Origin: Carpediemonas membranifera BICM
Taxonomy: Eukaryota; Protista; Fornicata
NCBI GenBank assembly: GCA_019828565.1
Contig: JAHDYR010000004.1
Coordinates: 124,001 to 188,000 of the forward strand
DNA: 64,000 nucleotides
Direction: 5' to 3'
Shown: positions 27,058 through 39,000 of the stretch, piece after piece
Layout of the letters: each line of letters begins with the position of its first letter
Position numbering within the stretch: position 1 is the first letter of the stretch
Program-made: the position numbers and the translations under genes
The notes under the pieces: generated by a model
Database searches by the model: none
What the model was told of the DNA's origin: nothing
Seen by the model: the letters and a program-made list of their open reading frames with translations, nothing else

Positions 27058-30000
27058 ATGGCTGAGTGCATCCAGACGATGAAGGGTCACACCGATGACG
27101 TGTTCAGCGTCGCCTTCCTCCCCTGACGGCACCATGGTCACCGGGTCATCAGATGGGACGACCAAGCTGTGGGACAAGCGCGGCGTGTGCAAGATGACGA
27201 TGGAGCATGGCGGGGCTGTTCGGTGCATCGCCGTCTCCCCGGACGGGTCGACCATCGCCTCGGGCGGGACTGACCGCAAGATCAAGCTGTGGAGGCGCGG
27301 CAGACTCGTCAAGACGCTCGAGGGACACACCGATATTGTGAACAGCCTCGCCTTCTCCCGAGACGGCAAGACGCTGGTGTCCGGATCCGATGACAAGACA
27401 GTCAGGTCGTGGGACGTCGCCACCGGCGTGTGCAGGACGATGGAAGGGCACTCAGATTGGGTTCTCTCCGTCGCCATCTCCCCCGACGGCAAGACCATCG
27501 TCTCTGGATCAAAGGACAAGACAATCAAGGTGTGGATCGCTGAGTCGGGCAGACTCGAGCAGACTCTGGAGGGCCACACGAATTCTGTCGCCGCCGTCGC
27601 CATCTCCCCGGACGGCGCTCTGCTGGCCTCTGGGTCTGGCGACAAGACCATCAGACTCTGGGACACCAGGACCTGGGAGTGCGTCGCCGTCCTCAGGGGG
27701 CACGCGAGCTTTGTCTTCAGCGTCGCCTTCTCGCCCGACGGCAGGACCCTCGCCTCTGGGTCTTGGGACAACACCACCAAGCTCTGGAGCATCGACAGCG
27801 GCGAGTGCTTCGAGACGCTCTGGGGTCATGACAGAGATGTGAACAGCGTCGCCTTCTCCCCAGACGGGTCGACCCTGCTCTCTGGATCTGACGACAAAAC
27901 CGCCAAGCAGTGGTCCCTTGGTCGCTCTCCCGAGCTCACCGCCCTCGACCAGACCCTCGCCCAGCCTGTCCCGGCCGCGGCCATCGTCCGCCTCGAGGGC
28001 ACCGTCGCCGACCTCACCCGCGTCCTCGACCACCTCTCGACACGGCCCAGAGAGTTCAGCATGAGGCTGACTGAGCCCGACCTCACTGTCACGATGAGGT
28101 ATGGCAAGCTGGCCGCCGACAAGCCCGACAGCGCCGTCGACGATCTGCTCGCTGCCTGGCATGCGAGGATGGCTGAGTGCATCCAGACGATGAAGGGTCA
28201 CACCGCTGAGGTGCTCAGCGTCGCCTTCCTCCCCTGACGGCACCATGGTCACTGGGTCATGGGATGGGACGACCAAGCTGTGGGACAAGCGCGGCGTGTG
28301 CACGACGATGGAGCATGGCGGGAAGGTTCGGTGCATCGCCGTCTCCCCGGACGGGTCGACCATCGCCTCGGGCGGTGATGACCACAAGATCAAGCTGTGG
28401 GACCAGACCGGCAGACTCGTCAAGACGCTCGAGGGGCACACCAATAATGTGTGGAGCCTCGCCTTCTCCCCGAGACGGCAAGACGCTGGTGTCCGGATCC
28501 TGGGACAAGACAGTCAGGTCGTGGGACGTCGCCACCGGCGCGTGCAGGACGATGGAAGGGCACTCAGATTTGGTGCTCTCCGTCGCCATCTCCCCGACGG
28601 CAAGACCATCGTCTCTGGATCAAGGGATAAGACGATCAAGGTGTGGATCGCTGAGTCGGGCAGACTCTGGAGGGCCACACGAATTCTGTCTTCTCCGTCG
28701 CCATCTCTCCGGACGGCGCTCTGCTGGCCTCTGGGTCTGGCGACAAGACCATCAGACTCTGGGACACCAGGACCTGGGAGTGCGTCGCCGTCCTCAGGGG
28801 GCACACGCACTATGTCAACAGCGTCGCCTTCTCGCCCGACGGCAGGACCCTCGCCTCTGGGTCTGATGACAACACCATCAAGCTCTGGAGCATCGACAGC
28901 GGCGAGTGCTTCGAGACGCTCAGGGATCATGCCGATAAGGTGTGGAGCGTCGCCTTCTCCCCGGACGGGTCGACCCTGCTCTCTGGATCTGACGACAAAA
29001 CCGCCAAGCAGTGGTCACTTGGTCGCTCTCCCGAGCTCACCGCCCTCGCCCAGACCCTCGCCCAGCCTGTCCCGGCCGCGGCCATCGTCCGCCTCGAGGG
29101 CACCGTCGCCGACCTCACCCGCGTCCTCGACCACCTCTCGACGCGGCCCCGAGAGTTCAGCATGAGGCTGACTGAGCCCGACCTCACTGTCACGATGAGG
29201 TATGGCAAGCTGGCCGCCGACAAGCCCGACAGCGCCGTCGACGATCTGCTCGCTGCCTGGCATGCGAGGATGGCTGAGTGCATCCAGACGATGAAGGGTC
29301 ACACCGCTGAGGTGCTCAGCGTCGCCTTCCTCCCTGACGGCACCATGGTCACTGGGTCATGGGATGGGACGACCAAGCTGTGGGACAAGCGCGGCGCCTG
29401 CAAGATGACGATGGAGCATGGTGGGAAGGTTCGGTGCATCGCCGTCTCCCCGGACGGGTCGACCATCGCCTCGGGCGGTGATGACCACAAGATCAAGCTG
29501 TGGGACCAGTCCGGCAGACTCGTCAAGACGCTCGAGGGACACACAAATAATGTGTGGAGCCTCGCCTTCTCCCCAGACGGCAAGACGCTGGTGTCCGGAT
29601 CCGATGACAAGACAGTCAGGTCGTGGGACGTCGCCACCGGCGTGTGCAGGACGATGGAAGGGCACTCAGATTTGGTGCTCTCCGTCGCCATCTCCCCTGA
29701 CGGCAAGACCATCGTCTCTGGATCAAAGGACAAGACAATCAAGGTGTGGGTCGCTGAGTCGGGCAGACTCGAGCAGACTCTGGAGGGCCACACGAATTCT
29801 GTCTTCTCCGTCGCCATCTCCCCGGACGGCGCTCTGCTGGCCTCTGGGTCGTGGGACAGCACCATCAGACTCTGGGACACCAGGACCTGGGAGTGCGTCG
29901 CCGTCCTCAGGGGGCACACGCACTTTGTCTTCAGCGTCGCCTTCTCGCCCGACGGCAGGACCCTCGCCTCTGGGTCTGGTGACAACACCAAGCTCTGGAG

Positions 30001-32340
30001 CATCGCTAGCGGCGAGTGCTTCGCTACGCTCAGGGGTCATGCCGATAAGGTGTGGAGCGTCGCCTTCTCCCCAGACGGGTCGACCCTGCTCTCTGGATCT
30101 GACGACAAAACCGCCAAGCAGTGGTCCCTTGGTCGCTCTCCCGAGCTCACCGCCCTCGACCAGACCCTCGCCGAGCCTGTCCCGGCCGCGGCCATCGTCC
30201 GCCTCGAGGGCACCGTCGCCGACCTCACCCGCGTCCTCGACCACCTCTCGGCGCGGCCCAGAGAGTTCAGCATGAGGCTGACTGAGCCCGACCTCACTGT
30301 CACGATGAGGTATGGCAAGCTGGCCGCCGACAAGCCCGACAGCGCCATCGACGATCTGCTCGCTGCCTGGAATGCGAGGATGGCTGAGTGCATCCACACG
30401 ATGAAGGGTCACACCAACTGGGTGTTCAGCGTCGCCTTCCTCCCTGACGGCGCCATGGTCACTGGGTCATGGGATGGGACGACCAAGCTGTGGGACAAGC
30501 GCGGCGTGTGCAAGACGACGATGGAGCATGGCGGGTCTGTTCGGTGCATCGCCGTCTCCCCGGACGGGTCGACCATCGCCTCGGGCGGTGATGACCACAA
30601 GATCAAGCTGTGGGACCAGACCGGCAGACTCGTCAAGACGCTCGAGGGGCACACCAATGATGTGAGAAGCGTCGCTTTCTCCCGAGACGGCAAGACGCTG
30701 GTGTCCGGATCCGATGACAAGACAGTCAGGACGTGGGACGTCGCCACCGGCGAGTGCAGGACGATGGAAGGGCACTCCCATTTGGTGCTCTCCGTCGCCA
30801 TCTCCCCTGACGGCAAGACCATCGTCTCTGGATCAAAGGACAAGACAATCAAGGTGTGGGTCGCTGAGTCGGGCAGACTCGAGCAGACTCTGGAGGGCCA
30901 CACGAATTCTGTCTTCTCCGTCGCCATCTCCCCGGACGGCGCTCTGCTGGCCTCTGGGTCTGGCGACAACACCATCAGACTCTGGGACACCAGGACCTGG
31001 GAGTGCGTCGCCGTCCTCAGGGGGGCACGCGAGTTCTAGCAGTGTCGCCTTCTCGCCCGACGGCAGGACCCTCGCCTCTGGGTCTGGTGACAACACCAAG
31101 CTCTGGAGCATCGCTAGCGGCGAGTGCTTCGAGACGCTCAGGGGCCATGACGATTGGGTCCGCTGCGTCGCCTTCTCCCCGGACGGGTCGACCCTGCTCT
31201 CTGGATCTGACGACAAAACCGCCAAGTAGTGGTCCCTTGGTCGCTCTCCCGAGCTCACCGCCCTCGACCAGACCCTCGCCGAGCCTGTCCCGGCCGCGGC
31301 CATCGTCCGCCTCGAGGGCACCGTCGCCGACCTCACCCGCGTCTCGACCACCTCTCGGCGCGGCCCCGAGAGTTCAGCATGAGGCTGACTGAGCCCGACC
31401 TCACTGTCACGATGAGGTATGGCAAGCTGGCCGCCGACAAGCCCGACAGCGCCGTCGACGCCATGCTCGCTGCCTGGCATGCGAGGATGGCTGAGTGCAT
31501 CCACACGATGAAGGGTCACACCGATGACGTGACCAGCGTAGCCTTCCTCCCTGACGGCGCCATGGTCACTGGGTCATGGGATGGGACGACCAAGCTGTGG
31601 GACAAGCGCGGCGTGTGCACGACGATGGAGCATGGCGGGTCTGTTCGGTGCATCGCCGTCTCCCCGGACGGGTCGACCATCGCCTCGGGCGGTGATGACC
31701 GCAAGATCAAGCTGTGGAGGCGCGGCAGACTCGTCAAGACGCTCGAGGGGCACACCAGGGATGTGAGAAGCGTCGCCTTCTCCCCAGACGGCAAGACGCT
31801 GGTGTCCGGATCCGATGACAAGACAGTCAGGTCGTGGGACGTCGCCACCGGCGTGTGCAGGACGATGGAAGGGCACTCAGATTTGGTGCTCTCCGTCGCC
31901 ATCTCCCCTGACGGCAAGACCATCGTCTCTGGATCAAAGGACAAGACAATCAAGGTGTGGGACGCTGAGTCGGGCAGACTCGAGCAGACTCTGGAGGGCC
32001 ACACGAATTCTGTCTTCTCCGTCGCCATCTCCCCGGACGGCGCTCTGCTGGCCTCTGGGTCGTGGGACAGCACCATCAGACTCTGGGACACCAGGACCTG
32101 GGAGTGCGTCGCCGTCCTCAGGGGGCACACGCACTTTGTCTTCAGCGTCGCCTTCTCGCCCGACGGCAGGACCCTCGCCTCTGGGTCTGGTGACAACACC
32201 ATCAAGTTCTGGAGCATCGACAGCGGCGAGTGCTTCAAAACGCTCAGAGGTCACACAGATTGGGCGAACAGTGTCGTCTTCTCTCCAGACGGGTCGACCC
32301 TGCTCTCTGGGTCAAAGGACAACACCGCCAAGCAGTGGCC
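27058..32340 (+). repeat. Tandem array of five ~1.11-kb WD40-propeller cassettes
   Basis: Spacings 1111, 1101, 1110 and 1107 bp; each has 7 WD40 blades plus a ~80-aa linker. Confidence 0.95.
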
Positions 32341-35300
32341 CTCCATCAAGTCGCCAGAGATCGAGGAGGTCTGCGCCCAACCCACACTCGGCGCCGACAT
32401 CCGCCTGCCGTCCGACGACTCGCCCCTCTACCTCGCCGACCTGGCGCGGGTCGTCATCCACATCCTCGCCACGGGCCTGCCCCGCTCCTTCAAGATGAGG
32501 CTGGCCTTCCCTCCCGCGACAATCACGTTGGACAAGAACAGGTATTTCAAGACGAGCGCCGATAATTCTGAGCTGACAGAGCTGATCAAATCTTTCAACA
32601 CCCACATATCTCAGCGTATGGCCGAGAAGATCCTCCGCGAGCTTTCAGCTGTCGTGAATACGATCACCGCCGACTCGGCTCCGGAGTCCCTGCGCGCCTT
32701 AGTGCGTCGTCTCGACCAATACAAGAGCACCGCGAATGCAGCTGGGGATGGGCCCCGTTCGTCTGCCGTGCGTGACCCTGTTCTGCGGAGGCACCTCGCC
32801 GTGGCCGCGTTTGCCCAAGACTTCCTTGACCTCGTCGACGGGGGCATGAGCCCAAAGATCGCTGTCACCGCTCTGAAACACTCCGACGGTGCCACACCCG
32901 CCGACTATCACGACGCTTCGGAGCTCGTGCAGACCGCCATCGACGCGTTCATCGCCCAGCCGACGTCCCAGCACGCCGAGCGTATTCCCACGAGCTACAC
33001 CCACGCCGGCCTGATTCGCGCGCTGGCGTACACGAAGGAGTACATGGAGGACGCCGAGGAGGAGCTCGCCGAGTACCTGGCGGCCGTCCCCGAGCCTGAC
33101 CCCCTCGCCATCCTCGTCGAGGCCCGGATCCGCGGGTCAGCCCCCCTCACGCGGTTCTTCTGCGAGACATTCCCGCAGCTGGCAGAGAGATTCGCGACGG
33201 CCGATGAGCGGTCAACCGACGACAACGAAGCCGAGCCTCAGCCGCAGCCGGAGTCAGAGGACGACCGCATCCAGCAGGCCTGGGAGCAGTACGGCATGGC
33301 CAGCGCCGCGATGGACGAGCTGCTAGCGATGAGCGGCATGCGCGCGCTGAAGAGGGAGTGCATCGACATCGCTCAGCAGATCCGCGTCCGCAACGACCCG
33401 CGCACTGCGCAGCTCTACGCCGCCACGCCGATGCAGCTCAACTTCATCCTCAGCGGCAACCCTGGCACGGGCAAGAGCACGTGCGCTAAGCTGATCCACC
33501 GCTTCCTGGCGGACATCGGCGCTCGCGATGACACGTTCACCGAGCGCAACGGCGGCACCCTCGCCGACACGTCGCCGCTGGACATCACGAAGGAGTTGGA
33601 CAGCCTCTTCCCGGCCGGCTTCAGGGGCACCGTCTTCATCGACGAGGCCTACCAGCTGAACCCCGCCCAGAAGAAGTCGGGCAAGTCAGTCATGGACCGC
33701 ATCCTGGACGTGGCCGAGACGCGCCGCGGCGACGTCACGATCATCCTGGCAGGCTACAAGGACGACATGAAGGACCTGCTGGCGACGAACCCGGGTCTGA
33801 ACAGCCGCTTCTCGCGCCAGTTCGTGCTCGAGGACTTCGACAAGGACACGCTGCAGGAGATGTTCACCCAGCTGGCGACCAAGCAGGGCTGGTCCCTCGC
33901 CCCGGCAGTTGCCGAGATCGCTGGCCGTCGCCTCGAGCGCTTCAAGTCGCGCGACACCTTCGCCAACGGCCGCACCGTCCGCAACATGTTCAGCCAGGCC
34001 ATCGAGGCTGCGGCCAAGCGCCTCATCTTGGGCGGCGAGCACATGCTGCTGCCCGAGGACATCCTCGGACCAGCGCCATCGGCCGACTCGAACCCCGAGC
34101 TGCGCCGTCTCCTGGCCGAGCTGGACGGCTTGACCGGGCTTGGCGAGGTGAAGGAGGCTGTCCGGGGTCTGCTTCAGACAGCGAAGGTCAACTACGACAA
34201 CGAGCTCCACCTCCGCCCGCTGCACGCCTTCGCACTCAACCGCCTCTTCTTCGGAAACCCTGGGACGGGCAAGACGACCGTCGCACGCCTGTACGGCCAG
34301 ATCTTGAAGCACACGGGCCTGCTCAGCAGCGGCGAGGTCATCGAGAAGCGGCCCAGCGACCTGGTCGGCGACGCCGTGGGGCAGAGCCGGTCGAGAACGA
34401 AGGCCGCGATCGAGGAGGCGCGCGGCAAGGTGCTGCTCATCGACGAGTGCTACTCCCTCGACGACGGCGTGTACGGCAAGGAGGCGCTTGACACGATCGT
34501 TGAGCGCGTGCACAACAAGCCCGGCGACGACATCGCGGTGCTCATGCTCGGCTACGAGGAGCCCATCCGCCGCATGCTGCGCAACCAGAACGCGGGGCTG
34601 GCGAGCCGCTTCGACCCCGAGAGCGCGTTCATCTTTGCCGACTTCGACGACACCGCGCTCGAGGCCATCCTGAAGCACGCCATCGCCGAAAGCGGCCTCG
34701 CGTGCCGCAGAGCTGTCGTTGTCAACGCGATACAGCTGCTGGCCAAGGAGCGCGTCAAGCCCAACTTTGGCAACGCCCGCGCTGTGGTCAACCTCGTGAA
34801 CAAGGCGAAGCGCCACATGATCCAGCGCGATCCAACCTCGCGAAAGATCGCAGTTGCTGATCTCACGCAGGCTGACGACGGCAAGGACCCGTTCGAGCCG
34901 CTCGACGGCCTGTACAAGGTCAACCACATCCGGCAGAGGCTCGAGGACCTCGTCCGTATCAAGCAGGGCATGGAGCGGAACGGCAAGTCAGCCGCCTCAA
35001 TGCTGGTCCGCAACTACGTCTTCTCGGGCTCCCCGGGCACAGGCAAGACGACCATCGCGCGGTGCATGGCCAAGATCCTCTACCGCCTGGGTGTGCTGGC
35101 AACCGACACGTGCAAGGAGGTCGTCGCACGCGACATGATGGCAGGCTACGTGGGGCAGACGCCGGGCCGAGTCAAGGAGCTGATGGACGAGGCGGTCGGC
35201 GGCGTCTTCTTCGTGGACGAGGCTTACGGCCTTGGAGAGGGCATGTTCGGCAAGGAGGCGATCGAGACGATGCTCAGCGAGATGACGTCGGACAAGCACA

Positions 35301-36002
35301 AGGGCAAGACCGTCGTCGTCCTGGCGGGCTACCGCGCCGATCTCGACCGCATGATGGACGTCAACGCCGGCGTCCGCTCGCGCTTCACCGAGCCGATCGA
35401 CTTCCCCGACTGGTCGGCGGCCGACTGCACCAGCTTCATCGCGGGCAAGCTCGAGGGGAGCACCTCAAGTTCGGCTCAAACGAGCAGGCCGCTCTGCGCA
35501 GCCACATCGAGGCCGTTGTTGGCCGGGCTTCCTGGGCCAACGCACGAGACGCCAACACGATCTTCGAGGACCTGCTACGCCAGCAGGCGATCCGCGCCGC
35601 TTCGGTCGTCGAGGCTGAACCTTCGATCGCGGCCGATGACGTCGACGCCGCCATGGTCAAGTGCAAGCGGAACCACCCTGAGAGCGCCAGCCTGCCGCAT
35701 CTCGTCGAGGAGCAGCCAGTCGCCCTCGCCACCGACAGCGAGGTCCAGCCCAGACGCGAGACGCGGCAGGACGTCAGAGTTGAGCAAGTCGAGGAAGTCG
35801 ACGAGACTGTCGATGTGGTGACTCGCGTTGAGCGCGACGAGGGCGTAACCGACGAGATCTGGGAGGAGCTGGAGCTGGCCAAGCGCGAGGAGCAGCGCCG
35901 TCGGGAGGAGGAGGAGCGGCGTCTGCGAGAGATCGAGGAACAACTCAAGCGTGAGAAAGAGGAGAAGGCGCGCCGCGAGCTCGAGCGCCGGAAACGGGAG
36001 GC

Positions 36003-36059
36003 TGAGAGCCAGTGCAGTTTATGTAAACAGATCTACCTGCGCAAGCCAACAATGGCACA
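36003..36059 (+). repeat. 5' LTR (57 bp), copy 2
   Basis: TGAGAGCCAGTGCAGTTTATGTAAACAGATCTACCTGCGCAAGCCAACAATGGCACA; TG...CA ends. Confidence 0.95.
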
Positions 36060-39000
36060 ATATCGATATTCTGCTTCTACAGAATCACACAGTGGTCTAT
36101 CCGTGATAGACGTCTCTTCCCTCACAACGGGGTACGAGATCTGGTTACGGGAAGTCGGTAACGTCAAAAGACCCCGTTCTTTCCCCCACGCATTCACGGC
36201 AAAGACCCTCGAGCTTCTACAAGCCACATGGCGGCCCACCTCCACGTTCCCGACCTTCGAGTCGTTCTGGGACTCCCTTATCCCTGACGTGGTCTCGCAG
36301 GCACAACACGCCAAGCAAGAACCTGACAGACACGCCACGTCGTGCCGCGCAAGATACCGCGCGATCATCGACGCTCTGCAGGACGATCTCTTCTTGCTCT
36401 GTGCTGCAGCCGCCAACACCTATAAGGACAGCCCGCTTCTCGACCCGGCGATGCGCCGGATGCAGGCTGTTTACGACCGCGCCGAGGCCGAGCTGAACGA
36501 TAAGCTCGCCAGCCTCTGCACGGCCAGCCACGACCGCCACGAGGCGGACCCGGATGCGACCCTCACCTTCGCGACGCTAACGAACCCCCTGGACGACAAA
36601 CCGGCCCGATCGGCCGCGGATGTCGCGAGAATCGTCAACTCTCTCCCGTCAGCGGCAACGGCCGCCCCTCCGCCCCCGTGTCCGTGCGTGACCAGCTTCG
36701 CGCCGAGGCCAGGACCATCCTGCCTCACCTGTACCTTACCCTGATGCCAACACTCGACCGCGGTGCACGCCTCAAGGCCATCACAAGCAAGGGCACCCAA
36801 CTGTACGGCCAGAACGCGGCCCACCGCCTTAACACTCTGCGCCTGCAGAAGGCGTGCGACGGGTACAACCCCGTCGTCGAGGCCGATGGCTACCATAAGA
36901 TCCCCGACAGCGCCCTCCGCGCTGCGGTCCGGTCTGTCGCCCTCAAGGGATACGACGACGACGCGATCCCGCTATACGAGGCGCTGATCGAGCGGGATTC
37001 GGACGGCAACTGGCGTCCCGCCCGCGACTGCATAGACGCCCTCTCGACCCTCGAGACCGACCATCTCGGCCAGATCGTCGTCCCCAATGGCGCGAGTCGG
37101 ACCTCCGCCTGTTCGCCGCGGACGACCGCGTTATCTCCGTGGGCAAGATCGCCACCATGTCCATCACACTCCCTGGCATGGATGGCAAAACCGTCACGCT
37201 CGACTGGGACGTCCACATGATCACAGGCACCAGCGACAGGATGCTGATCGGCAAGGACCTCCTCAGGCACATCGGCTACGTCCTCAACGACCGCCTACTG
37301 ATACTCCCGTCCGAGAAGCCGGATGATAAGGACGATCTAGAAGAGCACAACATGATCGACGCCGACGTCTTCGAAGCGGCGTCAACCTCGGACTCGAAGC
37401 ATTCGCTCGCCGTCACGATCCCGGACGACCACGGCACCGAGTTCGCCAACAAGGTCCGAAGCATCGTCGAGGAGTTCGATGAGGTGTTCGACCCGGCTCT
37501 CCCGCCCGAAGGCAGCAAACTACAGCCTCACAAGATCGAACTCACACGCGATTTTTCACCTCAAGTGCCGTCCTCGACAGCTTGTCGGAGAGGCTGGCTC
37601 AGCCGCCCTCTCCGAGATCGAGAAGATGAAGAAGCTCGGCATCATACGAGACAGCCAGTCCGAGCACGCCAGCCGCCACACGATGGCAACCAAGAAGAAC
37701 GGCGAACCCCGCTTCTGCGTCGCATTCAACGATCTTAACGACGCCACGAAGGACGACGCCTTTCCCCTCCCCGATCTGAGGGACCTGCCCCACGAAGCCG
37801 GCGGATGCTCTTACTTTGCATCACTCGATCTCCGGTCCGGATACTGGCGGCAGCTGATGGAGCCGGCCAGCATCCACCTTACCTCGTTCGTAGTCCCCGG
37901 GCACCAATTCGAGTTCCTCAGGGTCCCGTTTGGACTTAAGAACGCCCCCTCCAAGTTTCAACGAGCGATGGAGGCCGTGCTAGATGGCATCCCCGGCCAC
38001 CGGGTCTACGTGGATGACATATTCCTCTACGCACGGACCGAAGAAGGATTCCTCAACACCCTGAGACTCACCCTCCAGAGAGCCAAGGACAACCGCCTGC
38101 GCCTCCGTGCGGACAAATGTACCATCGGCGCCGCCGAAGTGGAGGTCTGCGGATTCATCATCAACAGCTCCGGCCGCTCGGTGAGCCCAGGCCGCGTCGC
38201 CGCGCTGAAGGAGCTGCCCGCCCCCCACCACCGTCACAGAGCTCAGACGCACGATGGGCAAGTTTAACCACCTCGCAAACTACCTCCCGCAACTCAGCTC
38301 AGCCACAGCCCCCCTCAACGCCCTCCTCAAGGGGTCACCCAAGAAGCTAGACAAGCTCCCTTGGACTGAGGAACACGACAAGGCATTCGCGGCTCTGGAA
38401 GGAGCTGTGCACCGACAACAAGGCATTGGCACTACCCAACCCTGACCTGCAAGTGGACACTTGAGACAGACGCGTCCACAATCGCAGCCGGCGGAGTGCT
38501 GTGGCAACACGAGGGCGACACGAAGAAACCCCTCGCGTACTTCTCAAAGACGTTCACAGAGACCCAACGCCGCTGGGCGACGGTCGAGCAAGAGCTCTAC
38601 GCAGTCATATACTGCATCACCCGGCCAGAGTTTAGCCAGATTCTCAAGCTGAAGCCATTCACCGTACTCACAGATCACAAGAACATCGTGTGGATGATTC
38701 GCAAGGCTGAGGAAGGGACGCGCAAGCTCACGCGATGGAGACTCATCCTATCCGAGTACCCCTTCGACATCATGCATATCGCAGGGACAAATAACGTCGT
38801 CGCGGACGCCCTCTCCCGCCCCAGCGGCGCGGCGATCAGCGAAATCGCCAGCAGCACCCACCGCTTCGACATTCAGCAGGCCCACGCTGGAGCCAACGGC
38901 CATGCTTCGATCAAACAAACGATCGCCCATCTCAAGGAAGCCGGCAAGACCTGGTCTTCCATGAACTCAGACGTCGCGGAGCACGTCGCGACTTACCCAG

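Larger units (their letters stand above)
1..29260. repeat. Tandem segmental duplication, copy 1 (left end outside window; indel-rich)
   Basis: Position 1 (catgcgaggatggctga...) matches 29261; same gene order throughout; offset shrinks from 29,260 to ~29,130 (e.g. 16840 vs 45971, 25833 vs 54963) because of extra bases in copy 1. Confidence 0.9.

Noticed and set aside
27058-32340. CRISPR-like array of constant and variable segments
   Set aside because: The pattern is protein-coding WD40 periodicity; no repeat-spacer structure or cas genes.
37479-38267. Diversity-generating retroelement explanation for the WD40 variability
   Set aside because: The RT is gypsy-type inside an LTR element with integrase; there is no template/variable repeat pair, and the variation is not visibly adenine-restricted.
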